Source of the DNA: a virus
DNA: 64,000 nt
Virus record (IMG/VR): IMGVR_UViG_3300046168_000050
Strand: one strand, 5' to 3'
In this document: one piece after another, positions 1 to 8,820 of the stretch
Numbering within the stretch: position 1 is the stretch's first letter
How the letters are laid out: every line of letters begins with the position of its first letter
Notes under the pieces: generated by a model
What the model saw: the letters and a program-made list of their open reading frames with translations, nothing else
Told to the model about the DNA's origin: nothing
Database searches by the model: none
Made by a program: the position numbers and the translations under genes

Positions 1-20
1 TACAAGATTTTTTATCCTAG
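1..20 (+). CDS. 3' end of baseplate hub/tail assembly protein gp26-like (partial)
   Basis: Frame 3 ends ...QDFLS* (TAG 18-20). This resembles the C-terminus of T4-like gp26, and it lies directly before the gp51-like ORF. Confidence 0.5.
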
Positions 21-205
21 GCCTCTCTCATGATAGTTTAATAAACTATTTCAGGGTAAACTATCAGTTAATACAAAATCATAAGTATTCATTAACTGAC
101 GTAGACCAAATGATACCGTGGGAGAGGGAGATTTATGTTAGTATGCTTATTGATGATATTAAAAAAATGAATGAAGAAAACCAAAGACAAAATATGCAGA
201 GGTAA
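2..205 (+). CDS. gp51-like baseplate hub assembly protein (no clear own start; possibly made by -1 frameshift)
   Basis: Frame 2 reads ...HDSLINYFRVNYQLIQNHKYSLTDVDQMIPWEREIYVSML..., with the HKYSL/M.PWER.IY motif of T4-like gp51. Confidence 0.8.
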   Translation, partial: TRFFILGLSHDSLINYFRVNYQLIQNHKYSLTDVDQMIPWEREIYVSMLIDDIKKMNEENQRQNMQR

Positions 206-207
206 CT

Positions 208-2121
208 ATGGCAAATTTAAAAGCAGTAGTAGAACAATTAAAAGAGCAAAACGGTGTTCTCACTAGTGTAAATGAGAACATTTCTGCTATGCTTAAAGGC
301 CAGATTCAAGAATCTTTGGATAACCAAAGAAAAGCCGGCGATGAAGAAGAAGAAAAAAGAGAAGCTCGCAAAAGTAGGATTAAAGATAGGGATAAGCCAA
401 CTCCAAAATCGTTTAGCGGAGGGTTTGTTGCAGGAGCTGGATTAGGAGGCTTATTAGACGGGTTTAAAAATGCGCTGGGCGGTACCGCCGGCGGCTTGGG
501 CATAGGGGCTTTACTGGGCATGGGAGCAGGGAGATTGTTTATGCCTGCTTTAGGCGCTTTACTCGGAGTTAAATATCTAGATAAATGGGTTGATCCCATT
601 ATTGATAAGATCACTGGTGATGATGCAACTTGGTCAATGTTTGGCAAGCAAATAGATGCATCTAAAATTGTATCAGGATTTGCTGGAGGTCTGGCTCTTA
701 TTTTCGGCCCTAAGTTAATTAGTACAGCTGTTAGTAGTTTACTGTCAGGAGGGGGAAGAGGTCCTAACAGTAATGGCCCAGGACTAAGAAAAACATTTTT
801 AAGTAGATTAGGAATCGGAGGCATAGCTATAGCTGTAGCAGATTCTGTAGGAGACTTTGCTAAAACTTTAACCGGGTCAAAAGATTTTGCTGACACCGTA
901 TCTAATGCGATGGCGGCTACAGGGGTAGGGTTTATGGTCGGAGGGCCAGTTGGTGCTCTTGTGGCCGCCGGAGCTTATATAGCTTACGAGTCAGTGTCAG
1001 CTATCGCCGCTTGGATGAAAGGCAAAGGCGATAGAATGAAGCAAAAGCAACTTGAAGAATTAGATAAGTTGCAATTAGATGTCGACAGGCTTATTCAAGA
1101 AGGTAAAGATGAAGCTGCAGGCGAAGTAGCAAAGTCCATGATTGCAAGTCAACGCTCTTTCATGTCTGGAATATTTCAAGGCCAACTAGCAGCAGATGAA
1201 GCATCGTATTTTGCTGATAAATCTAGAACAGCATTTGAAGGCGCGAAGGCTGCAGGAGATACTTCTGCGATGGCCGCCGCGACTGAACTAGAAGCAGATG
1301 TATTGGGTAGAAGCGATGTTGGTTATGATGAAGGATTAGATCAATTTCGTAGATTAACTAATCAGCTTATTGAATCAGGAGCAGATGCTACAGCTGCAGC
1401 AACTCAAATTGCTGTTTCGGCTTCATCTATAGGAGGAGCCTTTACTGATGCCGCGGAGGCAGCTAATGATTTAGCTGCTAAAAATATTATATTAGAAGGT
1501 GAAAGAACTCATCGTATACAACAGGCAGGAAGAAGAATTGGCAGATCTAGATTTGGAGATGCTGAAGCCAGAGTAGGAACCACTCAAGAAGTCTTTTTAA
1601 GGGATTTATTAAGAAGAGCTAGTACTGAAGCAAATGCAGAACGGTTAGCTGGCATAGTATCTCCTATGGATAGTCCGTTTGGAGCTGCAGTAACGCTATC
1701 AGATGCTGCGGCTATGTTTGCAGTTGAATATAAAAAGATATCTAATGAACAAGCCCTAGAAAATTATTACAAAAATAATCCAGAAGCCGCTGAAAAGTCT
1801 GTTCTTAATTTATTCTCAGGCATCTTAAATAATATGGGATTAAGAGCGTATAAAAATAGCCAAGATAGTTCACCAAATCTTATGCCGGCAACAGACAGTA
1901 GAGAAACTAATTTTGATATACTTGACTCATTTGGTGCTCTAGCTGCAGCCGGTAAGTCTGCGCCAATTGTTGTAAATGAAGGTGACATTATTACAAATAA
2001 CAATAATGCTGGAACTAGTATGCCAAAACCTGCTCCTAAGTCTGCAGTTGATGCTGTTGCAACGACTAAGCAAATGATCAGAGGTTTTGCCGGTGCTCAT
2101 AATAAGTGGATGATGGATTAG
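208..2121 (+). CDS. gp29-like baseplate hub / tail length determinant (tape-measure-like)
   Basis: 637 aa, Ala/Gly-rich and helical with hydrophobic glycine-rich stretches and an Asn-rich C-terminus; follows gp51. Confidence 0.6.
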   Translation: MANLKAVVEQLKEQNGVLTSVNENISAMLKGQIQESLDNQRKAGDEEEEKREARKSRIKDRDKPTPKSFSGGFVAGAGLGGLLDGFKNALGGTAGGLGIGALLGMGAGRLFMPALGALLGVKYLDKWVDPIIDKITGDDATWSMFGKQIDASKIVSGFAGGLALIFGPKLISTAVSSLLSGGGRGPNSNGPGLRKTFLSRLGIGGIAIAVADSVGDFAKTLTGSKDFADTVSNAMAATGVGFMVGGPVGALVAAGAYIAYESVSAIAAWMKGKGDRMKQKQLEELDKLQLDVDRLIQEGKDEAAGEVAKSMIASQRSFMSGIFQGQLAADEASYFADKSRTAFEGAKAAGDTSAMAAATELEADVLGRSDVGYDEGLDQFRRLTNQLIESGADATAAATQIAVSASSIGGAFTDAAEAANDLAAKNIILEGERTHRIQQAGRRIGRSRFGDAEARVGTTQEVFLRDLLRRASTEANAERLAGIVSPMDSPFGAAVTLSDAAAMFAVEYKKISNEQALENYYKNNPEAAEKSVLNLFSGILNNMGLRAYKNSQDSSPNLMPATDSRETNFDILDSFGALAAAGKSAPIVVNEGDIITNNNNAGTSMPKPAPKSAVDAVATTKQMIRGFAGAHNKWMMD

Positions 2122-2141
2122 GGGCGACGCTAGCCGCCCCC
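2121..2141. terminator. GC-rich hairpin between convergent genes
   Basis: On the minus strand GGGGCGGC-TAGC-GTCGCCCC, lying between the gp29-like and gp32 stop codons. Confidence 0.7.
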
Positions 2142-2147
2142 AATATA

Positions 2148-3071
2148 TTAGTCTTCTGCTGCTAGTTTAGCAAAATACGACATGGTGTCATCATCATCCA
2201 TAGATGAACTTTCTGCCGTAGCTGCAGGTGCTGATGGCATTGCAGGCTCAGGAGCGGCTGTTACCGGAGAACTATAAGACTCTGTAGTATCTAATGATAC
2301 CTGCTCGCGGACAGTTCGTGGTACAGACTCTCCAAGGACTAGAGCAAGACGTGACTTAAGTTCGTCATATGTCTTATAGCTTTTTGGATCAGTCCATTCA
2401 GTCATTTCATGTTGTTTTTCATAAATGACTTCTTTTTTCTCATCGTCTCCGGCAAGTAATTCCGAAGCTGACTTAAACGAAGAAGCATCATAGTTTGGAT
2501 AACCTTCGACCTTACGAATCTTAAGCGTAAAGTCTGCACCTTCCCACATATCAAATGGATTAACCGGAGCTTCATCAGGAAACTGAGGCTGCATGCTATC
2601 CATAATCTTGTCAAAGATTTTCTTGCCGAAGCGATAAAGTTTAACTTGACCTTCGTTCTCTGGATTTGCAGGATCTGAAATAACTAGTACGTTTGCAATA
2701 TATCGTAAGTTACGTTTGCGCTCACGTACAGTACGTTTGGCTTCGTCAGAGCCATCTTCATTCCACAGCTTACTGTTACTTTCAGCTAATGGATCTGGTT
2801 GACCAATAGATGTAAGAGACTTCTCTACATACCATTGACCTGTTGGGCCTTTGAAGAAGTGATCCCAGTACCGAACCCATGGTGTTGGGGCTTCTGCGTC
2901 TCCTGGTAGGAAACGGATTACAGCGTAACCATTGCCAGCCTTATCTCGTGTTGGTGTCCAGAAGCGTGGATCTTCTGATTGACGTTGAGATTGTTGACCT
3001 GTGTTTTCTTGAGCCTGATTAATCAAGCTATTAAGATCAGTACGATTACGTTTTAGTGCTGCAAAACTCAT
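2148..3071 (-). CDS. 32: single-stranded DNA-binding protein gp32
   Basis: DPRFW..DKAGNGYAVIRFLP, G.WYVEKSLTSIG, FGKKIFDKI, and acidic tail ending SYFAKLAAED. Confidence 0.97.
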   Translation of the reverse strand: MSFAALKRNRTDLNSLINQAQENTGQQSQRQSEDPRFWTPTRDKAGNGYAVIRFLPGDAEAPTPWVRYWDHFFKGPTGQWYVEKSLTSIGQPDPLAESNSKLWNEDGSDEAKRTVRERKRNLRYIANVLVISDPANPENEGQVKLYRFGKKIFDKIMDSMQPQFPDEAPVNPFDMWEGADFTLKIRKVEGYPNYDASSFKSASELLAGDDEKKEVIYEKQHEMTEWTDPKSYKTYDELKSRLALVLGESVPRTVREQVSLDTTESYSSPVTAAPEPAMPSAPAATAESSSMDDDDTMSYFAKLAAED

Positions 3072-3134
3072 ATATATTTTCCTTGTATGTTACAATATGT
3101 TTTAATGTTTATAGTATGAACATTATATATCAAT

Positions 3135-3368
3135 TTACTCAAAAGGTAAACTGTTTTGTCGAGGCAGAAAATTTAAATTCATTGCTTCTGCCTCCAACTT
3201 CGTTTTGATGATCGGTGATATAAACTTTTTTACATCCTCCAATTCAACGTTATTATCTTCACACAACCAGATGATTGCGTCCATATAAGATGATCTATGC
3301 GACTTAACAGTCTTTTCAATTAACTTTGCGAACTCGCTTTTTGTTAGAAATTTTTCTTTGTCTTGCAT
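3135..3368 (-). CDS. 33: late transcription coactivator gp33
   Basis: F...IEKTV...SYMDAI...C....ELEDV.K.IS..IK.KLEAEAM.LNFL; position next to gp32. Start placed at MQDKEK. Confidence 0.9.
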   Translation of the reverse strand: MQDKEKFLTKSEFAKLIEKTVKSHRSSYMDAIIWLCEDNNVELEDVKKFISPIIKTKLEAEAMNLNFLPRQNSLPFE

Positions 3369-3909
3369 AGTCTTCAGCTGCCATTTCGTTTGTATACTCT
3401 CCGCCGATATCAGCATAAAATACTCCTGGAGTTCTTTTAACTGTACCATCAGGATAGTATGCCATTACTGTACAGCTATGTTTAATTTTACTTTGCTTCT
3501 CGGCACCATACCGAAAATCACGATAGACACCATCAGTCAGATAGCGCTGCAGATTAAATACGTATGTTTCAGTATCATAATACTGTTTACGCATTGCAGA
3601 ATCTTTACTATCTTTCTGATGTTTTAAGGCTTTCAGCATTTCTTTCTGCTGCTTAAGCCATTCTTTTACTTTCTTTGGGGAAAGCAAATGATCGTCAGGC
3701 AAGTTACGAATCGACTCGTCAATTGACATATGCTTAGCCGGTCCTCTAGCTTCTCTTGCCTTTGCCATACGTTCAACTAATACAGCCTTCTGTTCGGGCG
3801 TTAATACTCGTTTTTTACGTGGTTTTTTAACAGGCTTTACAGTAGATGTTTTTGCCAATTCTTCACGAATCTGATTGAGTTTAGACTTACGAGCCATGAT
3901 GATCTCCAT
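3316..3909 (-). CDS. basic hypothetical protein (T4-like)
   Basis: Lys/Arg-rich ORF with a GGAG RBS, downstream of an early promoter. Confidence 0.7.
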   Translation of the reverse strand: MEIIMARKSKLNQIREELAKTSTVKPVKKPRKKRVLTPEQKAVLVERMAKAREARGPAKHMSIDESIRNLPDDHLLSPKKVKEWLKQQKEMLKALKHQKDSKDSAMRKQYYDTETYVFNLQRYLTDGVYRDFRYGAEKQSKIKHSCTVMAYYPDGTVKRTPGVFYADIGGEYTNEMAAEDYARQRKISNKKRVRKVN

Positions 3910-3925
3910 TCATAATATAATACTA

Positions 3926-3984
3926 TTCTATCACAGTTTTGCTGTAATGTACATAAAAACTTTTTATTAGAAATCAATCAGTTA
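3926..3984 (-). promoter_or_regulatory. early promoter with upstream IHF box
   Basis: TGTACA (3948-3953), 17 nt, TAGAAT; AATCAATCAGTTA at 3972-3984. Confidence 0.7.
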
Positions 3985-4188
3985 TAATTTTTTTTCGTCA
4001 TACTCATATAGTTCATATTCACCATCAACTAATTTAGCTCTTACAAATCGCTTTTTGATTAGCGCCACAATTGTGGCTTCAATAACTTCTTCTGTCTCAT
4101 GGCGTGACATGTCGCGACCAAATAAAAAACCGACTATAGCTACACCACCAAGAAGAAGCCACTGAATAATAGAAAGTGTAGTAAACAT
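3982..4188 (-). CDS. small membrane protein
   Basis: N-terminal TM helix; late promoter upstream. Confidence 0.6.
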   Translation of the reverse strand: MFTTLSIIQWLLLGGVAIVGFLFGRDMSRHETEEVIEATIVALIKKRFVRAKLVDGEYELYEYDEKKL

Positions 4189-4212
4189 ATGGTTTCCTTA
4201 ATTATGAATGAC

Positions 4213-4220
4213 TATTTATA
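4213..4220 (-). promoter_or_regulatory. T4-type late promoter TATAAATA
   Basis: Exact gp55 consensus in an intergenic position. Confidence 0.7.
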
Positions 4221-4481
4221 CTATGTGAAAGAGATGACATTTGCAACGCGAAAAGAACGAAAACCGCCCTTTAATGTATCAAATGCTACGATTGTTTCTT
4301 CATTAATATCACGAACCTTTTTTTGCGTAATAGGTTCATTCTTCTTAGCGTCAGGCAGAACATCTTCAATTAGCGTGCACATCATATCACGCTCTTCACC
4401 ATTTACTTTTTTAAAAATGACACGGCAGACACGTTTCTGCAATTCATTAATCATATATTCGCGAGAGCTTGAGTCAATCAT
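4221..4481 (-). CDS. SH3/Sm-like (WYL_2-type) phage protein
   Basis: V.F.K.NGE.R.M.CTL ... FD..KGGFRSFR motif. Confidence 0.75.
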   Translation of the reverse strand: MIDSSSREYMINELQKRVCRVIFKKVNGEERDMMCTLIEDVLPDAKKNEPITQKKVRDINEETIVAFDTLKGGFRSFRVANVISFT

Positions 4482-4672
4482 TTATAGGGATCCTTTACTT
4501 TGTAAGTTAAATCGATATTCGGGTTCTGGTTCTTTTTTAATTCTTTTACGCCAAGTGTGTGCATAAAAGTAGGATCAGCCATTAGTATGTCAATGACCTT
4601 TTCCCAATCTTGAATTTTACCTTCTAGATATTGCACACGTCGATCGAGATGTGCAACCTGATAGTCTGACAT
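4478..4672 (-). CDS. hypothetical protein
   Basis: ORF tightly coupled to its neighbours. Confidence 0.6.
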   Translation of the reverse strand: MSDYQVAHLDRRVQYLEGKIQDWEKVIDILMADPTFMHTLGVKELKKNQNPNIDLTYKVKDPYK

Positions 4673-4673
4673 A

Positions 4674-5015
4674 TTATCTCCTCATCGATGCAGCATCTAT
4701 CGCTGCTTGTTTGTTATCTTTACGGACTGGCATTAGATTTGATTTATGTGTAACTACAATACCAGCGATTTCATCACCTGTATAGCGACTACGTTCTTTT
4801 GCAAGACCATTGCCTGCTATACGATCACTCGTCATACGAGGACCACAATTATAGTCAGGTAAGTCAGGCCTATAACTTGACTTACCTGAAACAAGTTTAT
4901 CTAGAAACTTTTGATGTTCGGCTTCCGCCTTTAATAATTTATTCGATTTTCGTTTCGCCTTACGGCGTTTCCCTACACCATGGACTTGAACTCCTCTAAT
5001 CATATGCATAGACAT
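4674..5015 (-). CDS. T4-like hypothetical protein
   Basis: YTG..I.GI...HKSN..PV.....A.D.A.MRR motif. Confidence 0.7.
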   Translation of the reverse strand: MSMHMIRGVQVHGVGKRRKAKRKSNKLLKAEAEHQKFLDKLVSGKSSYRPDLPDYNCGPRMTSDRIAGNGLAKERSRYTGDEIAGIVVTHKSNLMPVRKDNKQAAIDAASMRR

Positions 5016-5221
5016 TAAGCTGCCTCCTTATAATGTTGATCGAATGTGCCATAGATACGTAACTTAACATTACGAATATGGTTACATGGTTTACGTGGCG
5101 CTTTTTTACAAGAACAACTGAAACCCTCAGGATGCATGGTGACAGTACCTTTGGCATAAATCCATTCAGTACCGACCATCCAATGGTCCTGAGTATCAAT
5201 GAGACTAGTACTAAAAATCAA
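5015..5221 (-). CDS. SWIM zinc-finger protein
   Basis: CSC-x7-CNH (CxC..CxH). Confidence 0.7.
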   Translation of the reverse strand: MIFSTSLIDTQDHWMVGTEWIYAKGTVTMHPEGFSCSCKKAPRKPCNHIRNVKLRIYGTFDQHYKEAA

Positions 5222-5424
5222 TCTGTGTACCTCCTATCAACTGCAGATGCATCCCATACATACTTGTGCATTCTAGGATCACCTACTATAACAACATCAC
5301 TATCACCAACTTCGCTATAGACACGAGCGTCCATATATTTGTGATAGTAGGCAGGACCACCGAAAACCCTGCGAGCTGCCTCATAACGAGCCTCACTCAT
5401 ACCAACATAGTGTACAGTTCTCAT
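5218..5424 (-). CDS. hypothetical protein
   Basis: AGGAG RBS, which forms part of the upstream RNA stem. Confidence 0.65.
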   Translation of the reverse strand: MRTVHYVGMSEARYEAARRVFGGPAYYHKYMDARVYSEVGDSDVVIVGDPRMHKYVWDASAVDRRYTD

Positions 5425-5430
5425 AATAAA

Positions 5431-5617
5431 CTCCTTTCCTCATACGCCCCTAGTATATCCAATCACTTCCGCACGGCCTTATTGACGTTGCCGCTCTAGT
5501 TTGATTGAAACTAATATCTCCACGTTTTCACGACACTGATATTTCACAGGCGAATTATTCTCGCGAGATTGTGTTTTCAGGTGGCCTGCCCTCTGCACGG
5601 ACGTATGAGGAAAAGAG
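5431..5617 (-). ncRNA. unassigned structured RNA (187 nt) closed by a 19-bp stem
   Basis: CTCTTTTCCTCATACGTCC (5617-5599) pairs fully with GGGCGTATGAGGAAAGGAG (5449-5431). Two G.U pairs work only on the minus strand. GC-rich intergenic segment. Confidence 0.65.
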
Positions 5618-5625
5618 TCTAAGAC

Positions 5626-5910
5626 TCAATCCCAATCGTTGTCGTAACGAGTTGTTTCAAACATTGTTTCGCCATAGTATTCTTTGGCGTATTTAGATGC
5701 ATCAGTCCAGTGATACATGTTAGACTCTTTAGGAATGTCAAGATCTTTTTTCTTACGAGAAACAGGCTTGGCGCGAGAGATAACTGATGCAGACTGTTTA
5801 CGGATCTTAGACATTTTTTTCTTACGCTCAGCGATTTCTTTGATGAGAGCAAGACGATCAGATTGAGTAGTTGCAGTTTTCATAGTATTCTCCATAATTA
5901 ATAAAACCAT
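5626..5910 (-). CDS. hypothetical early protein
   Basis: GGAG RBS precedes an internal ATG; downstream of an early promoter. Confidence 0.65.
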   Translation of the reverse strand: MVLLIMENTMKTATTQSDRLALIKEIAERKKKMSKIRKQSASVISRAKPVSRKKKDLDIPKESNMYHWTDASKYAKEYYGETMFETTRYDNDWD

Positions 5911-5968
5911 TCTACACTATTAAAAACGGTTTGTACACCTTTTTGTTTTGTTTAAAATCAATAACTTA
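5909..5968 (-). promoter_or_regulatory. early promoter with upstream IHF box
   Basis: TGTACA (5932-5937), 17 nt, TAGAAT; AATCAATAACTTA at 5956-5968. Confidence 0.75.
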
Positions 5969-6196
5969 TCATTTTTTTTCTAAAATAAATGCACCTTCCG
6001 GTGAAGTCCATGCTGACATTAATTTTAGATACATCATATCAGTCAAAGCTATAACTTGAAATCTGTCATCCTTTTCATTCCACTGGCGAATATAAACTAC
6101 ATCGTCATAAAGAAAAACCGAAACGTCATCGTATTTTCCTTTATCGTCTAAGATTGTAATGAGTGTTTCGTCCTCATCAAATTCAACTGTATACAT
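5969..6196 (-). CDS. hypothetical protein
   Basis: Compact ORF in the early gene array. Confidence 0.65.
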   Translation of the reverse strand: MYTVEFDEDETLITILDDKGKYDDVSVFLYDDVVYIRQWNEKDDRFQVIALTDMMYLKLMSAWTSPEGAFILEKK

Positions 6197-6286
6197 TCCA
6201 CACCACTGCTATATAGTGAGCATCAAGGTGATCTCGATACTCAATTGCTTTGTAAAGACAATCAAAGATTTTATCGTTAACCTTTA

Positions 6287-6517
6287 TCATCCCCAATCTT
6301 TTCTATCTTCTTCGTTATCATAACCATACATGTAGGCTTCGATCTCACCTACAGTCATGTTATCTTTTCCAACACGTTCAGATTGATATGTAGAACCAAC
6401 ATAATAATGAGGATCTTCTGGCCGGCCGTAATAGGCATCTGCACTACCACGATCTTGAGGTGAACCGTGACGAGGAAGTTTATTCCAACCTTTTACAATT
6501 ACATCTAGATCATACAT
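6287..6517 (-). CDS. phage hypothetical protein
   Basis: HGSP.DRG.AD.YYGR..PHYY motif. Confidence 0.7.
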   Translation of the reverse strand: MYDLDVIVKGWNKLPRHGSPQDRGSADAYYGRPEDPHYYVGSTYQSERVGKDNMTVGEIEAYMYGYDNEEDRKDWG

Positions 6518-6936
6518 TATGCTGCCTCCTTATAATCGACAACGGCAGCTAAATCTTTAACTAGCTGTTTACCATATTGAGTAAACAAAATACCTTGTTC
6601 CCACACAAAGTGTTCAACATCTTGAATGTGATAGAAGGTTTCAGTACTAGTCATCCACAAAAGAGCGTTGGTACGATTACCGGCACCAAGCTCGATAACA
6701 TCTTTAAGACGAGCTTCGAACTTTTCGATAGCAACTACTTCAGCCGATTGCTCGGCTTTAGTATTTTCTTCAAGTTGCTCACACAGAGCATCCCAAAGAT
6801 TTTGCTTTGTTTCATCATCAAACGCTAGAAGGTTTTTCATGAAAATTGCAGAAGGACGGAAGCCATGAACATCTTTATGAAGGTCTGACCAAAGATCATC
6901 TGAGTAAGTAAATTCCATTGTGTTTCTCCTTATCAT
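6517..6936 (-). CDS. phage hypothetical early protein
   Basis: SDLHKDVHGFRP motif; AGGAG RBS. Confidence 0.7.
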   Translation of the reverse strand: MIRRNTMEFTYSDDLWSDLHKDVHGFRPSAIFMKNLLAFDDETKQNLWDALCEQLEENTKAEQSAEVVAIEKFEARLKDVIELGAGNRTNALLWMTSTETFYHIQDVEHFVWEQGILFTQYGKQLVKDLAAVVDYKEAA

Positions 6937-6942
6937 ATATAC

Positions 6943-7022
6943 ATCCTACACTATTACGAATCGTTTGTACATAAAAAAATGCGGAAAATCAAAACTTTGT
7001 TTTCAATGAAATCAACTAGTTA
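6943..7022 (-). promoter_or_regulatory. early promoter with upstream IHF box
   Basis: TGTACA (6966-6971), 17 nt, TAGGAT; AATCAACTAGTTA at 7010-7022. Confidence 0.7.
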
Positions 7023-7584
7023 GCATTTTCTCAGAAAACCATTCCGGAACATCACGCTTAGACCATACCATTTTAAACCGATCTTGCTTTGTTTGATAGT
7101 ATTCTTTATAGGATCTAACAGGATCATCTTTATGAATACACTGTGGTTCATGCTGCATGGCAAGAGCAAATGGAGTATAGAGATTTGACCATGTTGTGCC
7201 ACTCGGCGGTTTTCGTAATGTTTTTCGAAGCAGAATATCAGTGGCATGAACTTTACCATAGCGATATTTGTACTCATCGCATAAAGCTACGAAGTGTTTG
7301 TAATGCCATTCATAGTTAGCATTTGTCTGCATAGTCCATACCGTACACGGGTGCCCGTGGTGTACAGCTTTATATAGGGTATTTTCCAGTGATAATTTAG
7401 GATGCACCCAATATTTGACCATGCGCTTGCCTGACTTAGATGGACGTAACTCCATATAACCATCGAGCATCCTGTGCGCTGTGGATAGCATCTGTGCTGA
7501 TTCTACAATCATTTTGACTACATGCTTGTCGCATTGTAGTACTGCGGCTTCTACGGGGTCTGTTGACAATATAAAAATATTCAT
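7012..7584 (-). CDS. pyrimidine-dimer DNA glycosylase (DenV/Pyr_excise-like) family protein
   Basis: MNIF.L..DP..AA...CDKHVVKMIVESAQMLSTAH, HPCTVW, EY..RYGK.H. Confidence 0.8.
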   Translation of the reverse strand: MNIFILSTDPVEAAVLQCDKHVVKMIVESAQMLSTAHRMLDGYMELRPSKSGKRMVKYWVHPKLSLENTLYKAVHHGHPCTVWTMQTNANYEWHYKHFVALCDEYKYRYGKVHATDILLRKTLRKPPSGTTWSNLYTPFALAMQHEPQCIHKDDPVRSYKEYYQTKQDRFKMVWSKRDVPEWFSEKMLTS

Positions 7585-7593
7585 AAAATTATT

Positions 7594-7815
7594 CTACACT
7601 ATTTTTTTATTATTGTACATATTAAAATGTCTTGCGCAAGCTAAATTAGTTTGCTTATCAGACCAATTAAAAAACTTAGATACCTCAGATAGTATCTTCT
7701 TTTTGCTTGGTTCTTTCCCGTTCCACTTTGAAATCTTTTCCCATAGTATCTTGTCTATGTCTATCCAGTTCATTTCTTTCACGTTCTTCTTTGAGTTTCC
7801 TCTTGATATATTCAT
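7594..7815 (-). CDS. hypothetical protein
   Basis: ORF with RBS. Confidence 0.5.
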   Translation of the reverse strand: MNISRGNSKKNVKEMNWIDIDKILWEKISKWNGKEPSKKKILSEVSKFFNWSDKQTNLACARHFNMYNNKKIV

Positions 7816-7844
7816 GATATCTCTCCTGCATAATGTCTCTTTCT

Positions 7845-7852
7845 TATAAATA
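7845..7852 (+). promoter_or_regulatory. T4-type late promoter TATAAATA
   Basis: Exact consensus upstream of the plus-strand ORF at 7866. Confidence 0.75.
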
Positions 7853-7865
7853 CAAATGAAAAGGA

Positions 7866-8249
7866 ATGGGGGATAATATGGCTAAAGCTAAAATGATGGA
7901 AGCAGATTCCATCTACGCACATCTAGACACCGACGGTGATGGAATTATTACTGACGAAGAAATGGCTCGCGCAAAAGAAATTGCAGAGTGGGAACATAAA
8001 AAGAAAATGCAAGAGAACGAAGATGCTAAGGAAGACCAAATAAGGTCTATGGCTTGGTTTGCTTTATGGGGCATGCTTCTTTATCCTGTGCTTATTCTAC
8101 TTACTAGTATATTAGGCGTCGACAGTGCTGCTAAAATAGTAGGTGATATTGCTCCTACATACTTTGTAGCAATTGCCGGTCTTGTAGCTGCGTTCTTTGG
8201 AGCCCAAGCCTATTCAAAAGGAAAAGGCCCCAAAGAAGATAAGAAGTAA
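7866..8249 (+). CDS. EF-hand-containing two-TM membrane protein (holin-like)
   Basis: DTDGDGIITDEE EF-hand loop, two TM helices, basic C-terminus, late promoter. Confidence 0.65.
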   Translation: MGDNMAKAKMMEADSIYAHLDTDGDGIITDEEMARAKEIAEWEHKKKMQENEDAKEDQIRSMAWFALWGMLLYPVLILLTSILGVDSAAKIVGDIAPTYFVAIAGLVAAFFGAQAYSKGKGPKEDKK

Positions 8250-8744
8250 TTACTTTTTCTTTTTATCCATTTTAGCCTGAGCAGCATCAACATCGGCCTG
8301 AGAGATTACGCCTTCAGCTATAAGGCGTGCTCTATTCACCATATGAGCTGCTTGGGTTTCTTCTTTACTGCCACCGAAGTATGGCACGCAATGGCCTTCT
8401 AATTCCATAATCTCTGTCACGCGTTTCATTTCACCGTGGTAGTCTACTTCAAAATCTCCAAGAATGCGGCCAAACTTACCCTTCATGTCTTCGCCATGCT
8501 TATCTTCCGTCGTGATAAGTTTTCCGCCGTGCTTCATAAGCTCCTTTAAACGTGCTTTAGCAGCTTCACCAAATAAGTCTTCAACTTTATCAGACGTACG
8601 AGACTCAGGCGTATCAATACCCATTACTCTCACGCGCTCATCTTTTAAGCAAATACCAAAACCTAGATCAATATCCACATCAACGGTATCACCATCAACA
8701 ACTTTTATTACAGTTACATCGTACTTATTCTGATTCATTTTCAT
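8250..8744 (-). CDS. thermonuclease (SNase) family nuclease
   Basis: KVVDGDTVDVDIDLGF, RVMGIDTPESRT, GKFGRILG. Confidence 0.9.
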   Translation of the reverse strand: MKMNQNKYDVTVIKVVDGDTVDVDIDLGFGICLKDERVRVMGIDTPESRTSDKVEDLFGEAAKARLKELMKHGGKLITTEDKHGEDMKGKFGRILGDFEVDYHGEMKRVTEIMELEGHCVPYFGGSKEETQAAHMVNRARLIAEGVISQADVDAAQAKMDKKKK

Positions 8745-8785
8745 AGTTTAACCTATCTTTATTATTATGATTAAACTATATTTAT

Positions 8786-8814
8786 CAAAAAGGGGGCTTC
8801 TGCAGAGCCCCCCT
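8786..8814 (-). terminator. Rho-independent terminator
   Basis: GGGGGCT...AGCCCCC hairpin followed by a T-run on the minus strand. Confidence 0.75.
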
Positions 8815-8820
8815 TCCTAT

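Noticed and set aside
5505-5696. 63-aa plus-strand ORF over the structured RNA
   Set aside because: No RBS, wrong strand for the region; better explained by the minus-strand RNA structure.
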